A stretch of DNA of 39,704 bases from Natator depressus. Its lineage: Eukaryota. The notes beneath the pieces were generated by a model. That model saw only the letters and a program-made list of their open reading frames with translations, was not told the origin of the DNA and did not search any database. Position 1 is the stretch's first letter, and each line of letters begins with the position of its first letter. Of the stretch, positions 1-10,000 are shown in pieces. The stretch spans positions 1 to 39,704 of the forward strand of contig NW_027439781.1 of the NCBI RefSeq assembly GCF_965152275.1. The letters run 5' to 3'. The position numbers were made by a program, and so were the translations under genes.

Positions 1-540
1 GCTTTCACAAACAAGGGAATCTTGAGCAGCAGCAGAGAGGTGATCTTTCCCTCGGTCTGTGGCCCTGGTGCGGCCGCTGCTGGAATCCTGTGTCCAGTCC
101 TGGTGTCCACAATTCAAGAAGGATGTTGATCGATTGGAGTGGGCTCAGAAGAGCCATGAGAATGACTGAGAGATTGGACAACCTGCCTTACGGTATAGGG
201 TCGAGGAACTCCATCTATTTAGCTTAACACAGAGAAGGTGAAGGGGTGACTTGATCCCAGGCTATAAGTACGTACATGGGGAACAAATATGTAATAACAG
301 GTTCTTCAATCCAGCAGAGAAAGGCCTAGCACGATCCAGTGGCTGGCAGCTCAAGTTAGACAAATTCAGACTGGAATGAATTTGTGACAGTGAGAGGACT
401 TAACCACTGGAACAATTCCCCAAGGGTTGTGGAGGTTTCTCCATCCCTGACAATTTTTTAAATCAAGATGGGGTGTTTTTCTAAAAGATCTGCTCTTAAT
501 GGAGGTTAGCAGTAGGGTTCAGAGTTAACAAGATATGAGC
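1..540 (+). mobile_element. CR1 LINE 3'-terminal fragment
   Basis: Matches the 3' end of reptile/bird CR1 elements as I remember them (ctggtgcggccgctgctggaatcctgtgtccag...ccactggaacaattccccaagggttgtggaggtttctccatccctgacaattttttaaatcaagatggggtgtttttctaaaagatctgctc). The boundaries are approximate. Confidence 0.65.
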
Positions 541-1173
541 TACTGTTTCAGGACATTTCTGCCCTGGAGTACAGTGGGGACTCATCCCCATCACCTGCTA
601 TCATTTTCTCCCACCAATGGGCCGCCTCAGCCTGGAGCTGTACAGTGTCATCAGTAAAGTTCAGAGTTAACAGCAGTGTGAGCTTTCATTTCAACTACCT
701 TATCTATACTGGGAATGCTGTCCCTTGCTTATCAGCTGAGCACTTCAGGCTTAGACACCCCAAAAGAGGGATAATGCGGTTGCAGAGCTGGTGGGCAGGG
801 ACTCCCAATTGAGGGGTTCCAGGGGTAGTTGACGGGGAGCGGTTACTGGATCAAGCATAGCCGTGATGGCTAATGTCTCCCTGATTTGGCCCAAATGCAG
901 TAGACAGTCTGGAAAATCTGATGGCCAGAATGTTTTCATGGGTGCCTCACTTCTGACCCACCGACACCCAAAAGCAGACAGACAAGGCGAGGTATCTCAA
1001 AGCAGCTTTATTATAAAAGTGGGAGTTACAAATATTGGGGTTATGTAGCAAAGTCAGGAAGGGATCACCACATTTGGGGAGCAGGGGATCCCCATAATCC
1101 AGCATTAGTGAGTACATGCCAGTCTGAGAGTGTCTCATGGGGGAGACCCCCAATTTTCCTGGCAGGGCTCCCC

Positions 1174-1299
1174 TCAGAGCAGTTTGACCTCAAAGCAGAT
1201 GCAATTGATGCTCTGACAATCGGGGGGCTGGTAGGCACAGGCACAGTCGCAGAGGGGGCAGCAGCGAGGGAAAGGGGGACAGGTGCCGAGCTCCCAGCC
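1174..1299 (-). CDS. Cys-rich membrane protein, last exon. GWELGTCPPFPRCCPLCDCACAYQPPDCQSINCICFEVKLL followed by a stop (TGA at 1176-1174).
   Basis: Acceptor ctctctctgcag|GGC. The four exons join in frame. The 90-aa tail contains 21 Cys. Confidence 0.55.
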   Translation of the reverse strand, partial: GWELGTCPPFPRCCPLCDCACAYQPPDCQSINCICFEVKLL

Positions 1300-1576
1300 C
1301 TGCAGAGAGAGAGAGAGAAAAATATGGGGCTGTTAACCTGCAGGACTACTCGCTACACGATATTAAACAGTGGCTGTTATGTGGCAGGTAGTCCCACAGG
1401 CTGATGTTAAGCAGTGGCTGGTAGCCCACAGGACTACCCGCCGCAAGATATTCAATGGGGGTGTTAATCCGCAGGACTATGCTCCCAGGTTATTTACTAG
1501 GGGGTTGTAAATCCTGACTACCTGCTCCAGGATATGTTATGGGGGCAGTACCCCAAAGGGTTTGGGGGTCACTCAC

Positions 1577-1723
1577 CTGGTGTCGGGGACAGCAGGTGTC
1601 CAGGCAGCGGGGAAGGGAAGGAGGGGCACAGTCACAAGCCTCGACGCAGGCCAGGCAGCAGTGGCAGGGCCCCCCCAGCAGCCCCTTCTCACACCAGGAA
1701 CAGTCAGCGCAGAGTCCACGGGC
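1577..1723 (-). CDS. Cys-rich membrane protein, exon 3. ARGLCADCSWCEKGLLGGPCHCCLACVEACDCAPPSLPRCLDTCCPRHQ.
   Basis: Acceptor ccaccccag|GCC. Donor CAG|GTGAGTGACC. Phase 0 in and out. Confidence 0.55.
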
Positions 1724-1914
1724 CTGGGGTGGACGGGAGGGTGAGAGATGGAAGGGCCAACTCACCCCCTCCCGACAGCTGACCTGCCCAGCCCTGACCC
1801 CGTAGGGCCGCCCCACCTGTGACCCCCTGAATATCCCCCCCGCCTCCCGCTCCACCATATCCCTCCCCACTGCCCCCCAGTATAGACCCCTGCCCCCAGT
1901 CTGTCCCCCCTTAC

Positions 1915-1988
1915 CAGCAGGCACTGGCGCAGTGCGAGGAGGAGGAGGAGGAGGAGCAGGTAGGCGGCCACAGTGATGAAGACAATGG
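1915..1988 (-). CDS. Cys-rich membrane protein, exon 2. Transmembrane segment (S)IVFITVAAYLLLLLLLLALRQCLL.
   Basis: Acceptor ctgcccctcccag|CC. Donor CTGCTG|GTAAGG. Hydrophobic stretch consistent with a transmembrane helix. Confidence 0.55.
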
Positions 1989-2126
1989 CTGGGAGGGGCA
2001 GAAGGAGGGAGCTGGGGGGGCCCGGTGTGGGGGCCTACAACAGGGAGAAACAGGAGAGGGGGAGCAGGTCAGAGAGCCTGGGGGGAGACACAGGGAGGGG
2101 GAGGCAGCGGGGGAGGGGAGACTTAC

Positions 2127-2241
2127 AGCCATTCCTGGATTGGGGGGGATCCTCAGAGTTGGGGTCTCTGCTTGCCCCTAGGGGGCCGCATGGATGCCAG
2201 ATCCCGCATCTGAGACAGACAGACAGACAGATCAGAGCCAT
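2127..2241 (-). CDS. Cys-rich single-pass membrane protein, coding exon 1. ATG at 2241-2239. Encodes MALICLSVCLRCGIWHPCGPLGASRDPNSEDPPQSRNG plus one base.
   Basis: The ATG sits in a (GTCT)n run. The exon ends ...AATGGCT|GTAAGT. Phase 1 out matches the next exon. The start codon is uncertain. Confidence 0.4.
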
Positions 2242-3004
2242 CCCAGCAAGGACTCGGCCCTCTAAGCTGCCCCACGGAACCTCACCCCTATCCCCGAACC
2301 TACTGCCCCCACCGATCCACCCTAGTCCCAAACCTACCAACCCTCATTCCCAAACCTGGGCCGGGAGCGGCCCCAGCGCAGGTCCCAGAGCAGCCGGTTG
2401 CTGCCCGCAGCCACGTGGTTCACTCTGAAACCTACTGACCATGGTGCAACCCAGAGCCGTCCTCAGGCGTGGGGGCCGTGATGGAGGCAGGGCCTCACAC
2501 CCTCATTAACATGCAAACGCGTAGGGGCAAGTCATCTGCTTAATTGATATTAACGACCCCCGGGCCCAGCCCAGGCTCGGTAGACACCAGCTCCTCCTGG
2601 ATATGGGTGGCAACGGGGGCTCCATCCCGCTCATTAATAGTAACGATCGTGCATATTAATTAGACTGCGTCCGCCCCACCCCCTAATTGACATTCATACA
2701 ACATGCAAATTATTTAAAGGGCCCACCCCATATCATTGAAATCTCCTGCATATTGATTAGGCCACGATCGCCCTCGTTAATATTCACATCTCATGAATAC
2801 TGATTAGCACGACCCGCAACAACCCCAGTTCATGAATATTCATGACCCCCCAACACGCCGCTCACCCGCTCGCCGTCGCTGCACCGACATCCCGCGATAC
2901 CCCGCCCTGCTCTCGGGCGTCCCTCTGTTGCCATAAGCAACGGCGCAGGCGGCCTGGCCCCGCCCCGCCGGCGCGACGGGGCCACACGAGGGACTAAAGA
3001 GCCC

Positions 3005-3150
3005 CTTCCGGAGGCAGGGGCTTCCGGAAGTGACGACGGGAGGAGCCGCCATCGCACCGGAAGTAAGCCCTGCACATCGGGAAAGAAACAGACTGCAGGG
3101 GAGGGGAGCGGCAGTGCTACCGGAAATGACCGCCCCGACCGGAAATGGCC
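3005..3150. promoter_or_regulatory. Cluster of ETS/GABP-type CCGGAAGT/CCGGAAAT motifs in a CpG island. Includes the palindrome CTTCCGGAAG.
   Basis: cttccggagg, gcttccggaagtgacg, caccggaagtaagc, ctaccggaaatgacc and cgaccggaaatggcc were read directly from the sequence. Confidence 0.4.
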
Positions 3151-3289
3151 TCAGCCCGCCAGAAGCGAGCAATTGGGGAGGCCCCAGCCATTGAAAGGGC
3201 CCGCAGAGGCCCGTCACTCCCTTCGACCTAGACACGACATCTCACTGGCTGGCTGGTGGGAACCATAGTGACCATAGGGGCGTGTCAAT

Positions 3290-3660
3290 CACGCCTACGT
3301 CATGACTGGCCGATACCATACGGCCAGTCGGAGCAAAGGGCGCAGCTCTGATTGGTCAGGGGCTCCCAGCCGGCGGCATGACGTCACAACATGTAGTCCT
3401 TTTTCGCCAATTGGCTGACACTGCCCAGCCAATCAGAACACAGGGAGGGCGCATGTGGGGGGCGGGGCATATTCTCTCTGGAACGACTGGTCAAGAGCTT
3501 GTAGCCAATCAGCACTCAGGAGTAAAGGTCTGGCCCAAAACATGCAGTGCTGTGATTGGCCCCCAGCCAACCCAAGCCCAGGCAGATGGGGTGCAAGGGG
3601 GAATAAAACGTTGCCTGCGCTCGGATTGGCAGCAGGGCCAACCAATCACAGTGCAGACGT
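3290..3660. promoter_or_regulatory. Array of about 8 CCAAT/ATTGG boxes in alternating orientation, plus CRE-like TGACGTCA (3379-3386).
   Basis: ctgattggtcag, gccaattggctgac, agccaatcagaac, tagccaatcagcac, tgtgattggcc, cggattggcagc, aaccaatcacag. The motif identities are established, but function is inferred. Confidence 0.4.
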
Positions 3661-3714
3661 CTTTGTCTAATTAGAAGACCCCCTCTCTATCACTGGCCAG
3701 GCCTGTCCAGCCTC

Positions 3715-4010
3715 TCTCAACACGTGGCCCCGCCCCTCAAGGCCAGGCCCGTCCCCAGCACCTGACCCCTCCCACAGGCCAGTCCCCGCCCCCAAGGCCA
3801 GACTCGCCCCCAGCACGTGGCCCCTCCCACAAAGCCAGGCCCCGCCCCAAGGCCAGAGTCGCCCCAGCGCATGGCCCCGCCCTCAAGGCCAGGCCCCGCC
3901 CCCAAGGCCAGAGTCGCCCCAGCGCATGGCCCCTCCCCCAGGGCCAGGCCCCGCCCCCAAGGCCAGGCCCCGCCCCATCACGTGGCCCCGCCCCCAAGGC
4001 CAGGCTCGCC
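3715..4010. repeat. Tandem GC-box (ccccgcccc, Sp1-type) repeat with a unit of about 60 bp (aggccaggccccgcccccaaggccagagtcgccccagcgcatggcccc). A TATAAAT motif follows at 4029-4035.
   Basis: Periodicity seen directly. ORFs on both strands here are repeat artefacts. Confidence 0.5.
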
Positions 4011-4569
4011 CCCCGTTACTTATATCACTATAAATGAGAAAATGTCAGAGATTTCTCATCTTGCTCCTAGTGCCCTTCGCCCACAGCCAACCAGAATCTC
4101 CCTCTCACCCGGTCTTCCTTCTGCCTTGCCCAGCAACACGGCCGTTCCGCGGATCTCCATTGGCTCGACGCCGCAGCCAATCAGCAGGTCCGGCGCGAAC
4201 GCGGGCTCACTGGAATGCTGAGAACAAGAACGACCGTTAACTGCTCTACACGCTCGCGCGCGGCCCGGCAGCTGGCGCACGCGCACAACCTCCCTGCAAC
4301 CCAGCCCCCTGCGGCCAGAGCCAAGGGCACATGCGCATTGGAGCTCTGGGCGCGCGCGCTTGCCCGCCCGGCGGAGGAGCGCATGCGCATTCCAGGCGGC
4401 GGTGCGGGGCAGGCGTTCCCTCAGACTGGAGCGGGGGTGCGTCACCCGGCCGGCCCTCGTTGATTATTCATTAGGGGCGGGCTAATTACATGCACATTTA
4501 TTCAGCCTCAAGACCCTAAATTGCTGGAAGTGGGCGTGGCCGTCGAGGTGTAATTAGTATGCATGAACT

Positions 4570-4810
4570 AATGATATGCAAATTAATTCATTAGTCGCTT
4601 CGGCGTGTATGGAAATATGTTAATTAGCTAGTGTCCCAAGAATACGAGAGAGACGCATGCAAATTAGGCAGGGCAGAGAGCGAGGTAATGAGATGCAGAT
4701 TTCTTCACCAGGTGACTGGGCAGTGTATGCAAATGGCTGCAGCTGGGGGCAAAGTCATGAGCCAATGAAGGGGCTGGGTGTTTAGCAGTATGCAAATGAA
4801 TGCAAATAAG
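4570..4810. promoter_or_regulatory. Cluster of five perfect octamer motifs ATGCAAAT (4576, 4657, 4727, 4790, 4800), plus TAAT and CCAAT motifs, in an AT-rich island.
   Basis: Exact 8-mers read from the sequence. A sixth copy is at 2703-2710. Confidence 0.45.
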
Positions 4811-5350
4811 ATGGCGGGCAGGGGGTAGAGGAGGGGCAGGGGCAGGGGCAGGGGCAGGGATAGGGATGGGGATGGGGATGGGGATGGGGATGGGGATGGG
4901 GATGGGGATGAGGATGAGGATGAGGATGGGGATGGGGATGGGGATGAGGATGAGGATGAGTGGTTGTGGGTCGAGAAGGAGGGGAATGGGAGGGGAGCTG
5001 TGGGGGGAAGGGCCAGGGGATAATTTTGGGGGAGGGGCAGGGACAGTTGTGGGGCAAGGTGGAGGGGTGGCTGGGGGGAGCAGGGGATTGTTGTGGGGGG
5101 TGGGGCAGGGCAGGGACAGTTGTGGGGTGAGGAGGAGGGGCAGCTGTGGGGGGGAGGGCCAGGGGATAGTCCTGGGGGGTGGGGCACAGCAGGGACAGTT
5201 GTGGGGGGAGGAGGAGGGGCAGCTGTGGGGGGGAGGGCCAGGGGATAGTCCTGGGGGGTGGGGCAGAGCAGGGACAGTTGTGGGGGGAGGAGGAGGGGCA
5301 GCTGTTGGGGGAGGGTCAGGGGGTAGTCCTGGGGGGGGAGGAGGAGAGGC
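4810..5350 (+). repeat. G-rich tandem repeats: (ggggatggggatgagga)n, then about 4 copies of a 78-bp unit gggcagggacagttgtgggg...gggccaggggatagtcctggggggtggggca.
   Basis: Direct periodicity. G-runs on the + strand. The ORFs here are artefacts. Confidence 0.7.
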
Positions 5351-5523
5351 ATGGGAGGGGTAGTTGTGTGGCGAATGGCAGAGGTTCCAGCGCTCTGGGG
5401 GACCCAGGATGTTTGGGGAGATCTCAAGGTGAGGAGGGGGCTGGGAAGGGGGAATCCCCTCGGTGCGGTGCTAGAGCGTCACCAGTGCCCCCTTTCTCAC
5501 TGCTTTCAAATTCCTTCTCCCAG

Positions 5524-5648
5524 ATGGCCGTGATCTTCCTCTTCAGCTGTTGCTTCTTCCCCAACTTCTTCCTCGCCCTCCGCTGGGCACTGTACCACAC
5601 CCGGGCCTTGGGCATGGACCAGCTGCATGCCATCTATGTCGCTGCCAA
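5524..5648 (+). CDS. TLCD3B: TLCD3B (FAM57B) alternative 5' coding exon 1a. MAVIFLFSCCFFPNFFLALRWALYHTRALGMDQLHAIYVAA plus 2 bases.
   Basis: ATG follows ttccttctcccag. The exon ends GCTGCCAA|GTAAAG, phase 2. The FFPxFFLALRWAL motif matches the TLC-family N-terminus (FAM57A/B). It joins exon 3 in frame (AA+G gives K-LVSS). Confidence 0.6.
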
Positions 5649-6062
5649 GTAAAGTCGCCCGGACTCCTGGGTTCTATCCATGGCTCTGGGAGGAGATGGG
5701 GGCTGGGAGCCAGGATTCCTGGGTTCTATCCATGACTCATGGAGCGGAGGGGGGGTCTCCCTCATCCACAAGTTGGTGCTGGTGGTTCAGAAGTCTCCCC
5801 TATAATCTGCTGATCATAGACCCCACCCTAGAGGTGACTCCAGGGTCACTGGCTCAGCAGGTACCACCTGGAGCCTCCAGCTTAGCACGGGGGGGGGGAG
5901 ACGACACTGCCATCTGTGGGGAGGATTAGCCCTGAGCTGATTTCCCAGGTGCCCCAGGGAAAGGAAGGGGTTAAATACTCACCCCTTCAAGCTGGGCCTT
6001 GACCTTGGTCCCCACCTGCCTGTGCCTGTGCCAGCAGGATTATGGGATTAGACCTAAGTGTC

Positions 6063-6097
<35 letters not shown>

Positions 6098-6099
6098 CG
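6063..6099. repeat. (TG)n microsatellite.
   Basis: gtgtgtgtgtgtgtgtgtgtgtgtgtgtgtgtg. Confidence 0.9.
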
Positions 6100-6952
6100 T
6101 TCCCCTTCTCTGGCCTCCGACACCCCTGCTCCAGCCTGGCTCTGACCAGGGGTCTGGCTCTGACCAGGGGCCTGATCCCCCCCTTTTTAAATCCTGGTTT
6201 CCATTCAGTCCATAGAAAGCCAGTGTAAAGCAGTCTGGGTGCAGCTGGACCAAGCTGTAGGACTCCCTGATGCAGGATATTACTTAGTGAAATGACTAGT
6301 TTCCTAGCTGGTGTAAATCAGTGTCACTCCATGGGCATTTACACCAGTATTCTGGAAAATCTAGATTGAGAACCCCTGCTATCCCTGCCCTGGGCTCCCC
6401 CACCCCACATCTCAGACAATGAGCCCCAATCCTGACCCACAGCCCCTTGCTGTCCAAGCCCTGGGCTCCGTCACCCCCAGCTCTGCTGATGCCCCTCACA
6501 CCCGCCCCCTGCTGGTTGCACTCCCAGCTCTCTTTCCAGTCTCCATTTTCCATTCCCATCCATCCTTTGCACCCCTTTTCCCATTCCCAATGCCCCTCTG
6601 ACTGATCATTGTGACCCCCTTCCCGCCGCCCTCCATCCCACCTCTGGTACAGGACACTCCGTTGCTGTCCCTTTAAGTGCCTCCACCCAGCGCCTGAGAG
6701 CTGCTCCCCGCTCCCCTCCCCTCTCCTCCCTCCCCTCTTCCCCCCTTTCTCTCTGTCACAGCCGGCCTCAGAGCCGCTGCCTGGATCCAAGCAGCCGCTG
6801 CCTGCCCTCCATCACCCCCACTACCATGTGCAGCCCCCAGGCCTCTCCTCCATCCGGCTACAGCAAGGTCGGATCTCAGCCCCACTGATCTCCCCTCATC
6901 CCAACCCCACCCCCGGTCTGTGTGTGTCCCCCCCCCTTCCGCACCCCATCAG

Positions 6953-7078
6953 AGATGTTTCACCCTTGGTGGCTGGGGGCATCGTCTTCCCAGGGCTCTT
7001 CCTGCTGGCCAAGAACAGCCTCAAGCGGCTGCCCTGGCTGCAGTGGGATGAGGCCGACGCTGTCATCATCTCAGCCAG
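6953..7078 (+). CDS. TLCD3B: TLCD3B exon 2 (alternative 5' exon, or a cassette exon). (K/R)DVSPLVAGGIVFPGLFLLAKNSLKRLPWLQWDEADAVIISA(R).
   Basis: Matches human FAM57B isoform 1 N-terminus MLTPMVAGGVVFPGLFLLSKNTLQRLPQLRWEEADAVIVSAR. Acceptor ccccatcag|, donor TCAGCCAG|GTACCC. 126 nt, phase 2 in and out. The nearest in-frame ATG is at 6828. Confidence 0.7.
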
Positions 7079-7089
7079 GTACCCCAGGA

Positions 7090-10000
7090 TGCAGCGAAGG
7101 AGTCAGGGACTGGAGGAGGGATGCAGGGATGGAGGGAAGCAGTCAGGGACTGGAGGAGGGATGCAGGGATGGAGGGAAGCAGTCAGGGACTGGAGGAGGG
7201 ATCCAGGGATGCAGGGAAGGAGTCAGGGATAGAAGAATGAAAAAGGGAAAGAGGCACTGGCATGGGAGGGATGAGTGAAAGGAGGCTGCAGAGGGATGGA
7301 GGGAAGGAGACACTGGCAGGGAAGGAGGCAGTGGAGGGATGCAGGAATGGAGGGAAGGAGGCAGTGGCAATGGCATTGGAGGGATGGAGAGAAGGAGGCA
7401 GTGGAGGGATGGAGGCAGTGGAAGCAGAGGGATGGAGGGAAGGAGGCAGTGGCAGCGGCAGCGGAGGGATGGAAGCAGTGGCGGGATGGAGGCAGTGGAA
7501 GTGGAAGGATGGAGGGATGGAAGCAGTGGCAGTGGAGGGATGGAGAGAAGGAGGCAGTGGAAGTGGAGGGAAGGAGGCAGTGGCAGTGGCGGGATGGAAG
7601 CAGTGGAGGGATGGACGAAAGGAGGGAGTGGAAGTGGAGAGATGGAAGCAGTGGAGGCAAGGAGGCAGTGGCAGTGGAGGGATGGAACCGGTGGAGGGAT
7701 GGAGGGAAGGAGGCATTGGCAGTGGAGGGATGGAAGCAGCAGAGGGAAGGGGGCACTGGCAGTGGAGGGATGGAGGGAAGGAGGCAGTGGCAGGGGAGGG
7801 ATGGAAGCGGTGGAGGGAAGGAGGCAGTGGAAGTGGAGGGAAGAAGGCAGTGGCAATGGAGGGATGGAGGCAGTGGCAGTGGAGAGATGGAAGCAGTGGA
7901 GGGAAGGAGGCAGTGCCAGCAGAGGGATGGAAGCAGTGGAAGTGGAAGGATGGAGAGAAGGAGGCGGTGGCAGTGGATGGAAGGAGGGAGTGGCAGTGGC
8001 AGTGGAGGGATGGACAGAAGGAGGCAGTGGCAGTGGAGGGAAGGAGGCAGTGGCAGTGGAGGGAAGGAGGCAGTGGCAGTGGAGGGAAGAAGGGAAGGAG
8101 GCAGTGGCAGTGGAGAGATGGAGGCAGTGGGAGCGGAGGGAAGGAGGCAGTGGCAGTGACAGCGGAGGGATGGAGGGAATGCGGCAGTGGCAGCGGAGGG
8201 ATGGAAGCCATGGAGGGATGGAGAGAAGGAGGCAGTGGCTGTGGATGGAAGGAGGCAGTGGCAGTGGACGGAAGGAGGAAAGGAGGCAGTGGAAGCAGTG
8301 GAGGGAAGGAGGCAGTGGGAGCGGAGGGATGGAGGCAGTGGCAGTGGCAGCGGAGGGATGGAAGCTGTGGAGGGAAGGAGGCAGTGGCAGTGCAGGGATG
8401 GAGGGAAGGAGGCAGTGGCAGTGGAGGGAAGGAGGCAGTGGCAGTGGAGGGAAGGAGGCAGTGGAAGCAGTGGAGGGAAGGAGGCAGTGGGAGTGGCAGC
8501 GGAGGGATGGAAGCTGTGGAGGGAAGGACGGAAGGAGGCAGTGGCAGTGGACGGAAGGAGGCAGTGGCAGTGGACGGAAGGAGAGAAGGAGGCAGTGGAA
8601 GCAGTGGACGGAAGGAGGCAGTGGAGGGAAGGAGGCAGTGGCAGTGCAGGGATGGAGGCAGTGGCAGCGGAGGGAAGGAGGCAGTGGCAGTGGAGGGAAG
8701 GAGGCAGTGGAAGCAGTGGAGGGAAGGAGGCAGTGGCAGTGGCAGCGGAGGGATGGAAGCTGTGGAGGGAAGGACAGAAGGAGGCAGTGGCAGTGGACGG
8801 AAGGAGGCAGTGGCAGTGGACGGAAGGAGAGAAGGAGGCAGTGGAAGCAGTGGACGGAAGGAGGCAGTGGAGGGAAGGAGGCAGTGGCAGTGCAGGGATG
8901 GAGGCAGTGGCAGCGGAGGGATGGAAACCATGGAGGGATGGAGAGAAGGAGGCAGTGGCAGTGGACGGAAGGAGGCAGTGGCAGTGGCAGTGGAGGGATG
9001 GAGGCAGTGGCAGTGGAGGGAAGGAGGCAGTGGCAGCGGAGGGATGGAAGCTGTGGAGGGATGGACAGAAGGAGGCAGTGGCAGTGGACAGAAGGAGGCA
9101 GTGGCAGTGGACGGAAGGAGGGAAGGAGGCAGTGGAAGCAGTGGAGGGAAGGAGGCAGTGGAAGCAGTGGAGGGAAGGAGGCAGTGGCTGTGGAGGGATG
9201 GAGGCAGTGGCAGTGGCTGTGGAGGGATGGAGGCAGTGGCTGTGGAGGGAAGGTGGCAGTGGAGGGATGGAGGCAGTGGCAGTGGAGGGATGGAGGCAGT
9301 GGCAGTGGAGGGATGGAGGCAGTGGAGGGAAGGAGGCAGTGGCAGCGCAGGGATGGAGGGAAGGAGGCAGTGGAAGCGGAGGGAAGGAGGCAGTGGAAGC
9401 GGAGGGAAGGAGGCAGTGGCAGCAGAGGGATGGAGGCAGCGGAGGGAAGGAGGCAGTGGCAGCGGAGGGATGGAGGGAAGGAGGCAGTGGCAGTGGAGGC
9501 ATGGAGGGAAGGAGGCAGTGGAGGCATGGAGGGAAGGAGGCAGTGGCAGTGGCGGGATGGAGGCAGTGGCAGTGGCGGGATGGAGGGAAGGAGGCAGTGG
9601 AAGCGGAGGGATGGAGGCAGTGGAGGGAAGGAGGCAGTGGCAGTGGAGGGAAGGAGGCAATGGAGGGTTGGAGGGAAGGAGGCATTGGCAGTGGAGGGTA
9701 GGAGGCAATGGAGGGTTGGAGGGAAGGAGGCAGTGACAGTGGAGGGTTGGAGGGAAGGAGGCAGTGGCAGTGGAGGGTTGGAGGGAAGGAGGCAGTGGCG
9801 GGATGGAGGGAAGGAGGCAGTGGCAGTGGCGGGATGGAGGGAAGGAGGCAGTGGCAGTGGAGGGATGGAGGGAAGGAGGCAGTGGAAGCGGAGGGAAGGA
9901 GGCAGTGGAAGCGGAGGGAAGGAGGCAGTGGAGGGATGGAGGGAAGGAGGCAGTGGCAGTGGAGGGAAGGAGGCAGTGGCAGTGGAGGGGACGAGGGAAG

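Noticed and set aside
4034-4240. ORF beginning MRKCQRFLILLLVPFAHSQ, which looks like a signal peptide.
   Set aside because: Its ATG lies inside the TATAAAT motif (tataaATGag). If that is a TATA box the ATG is upstream of the transcription start. The rest of the ORF is Arg and Pro-rich GC-island sequence. There are no downstream exons, and no support beyond chance.
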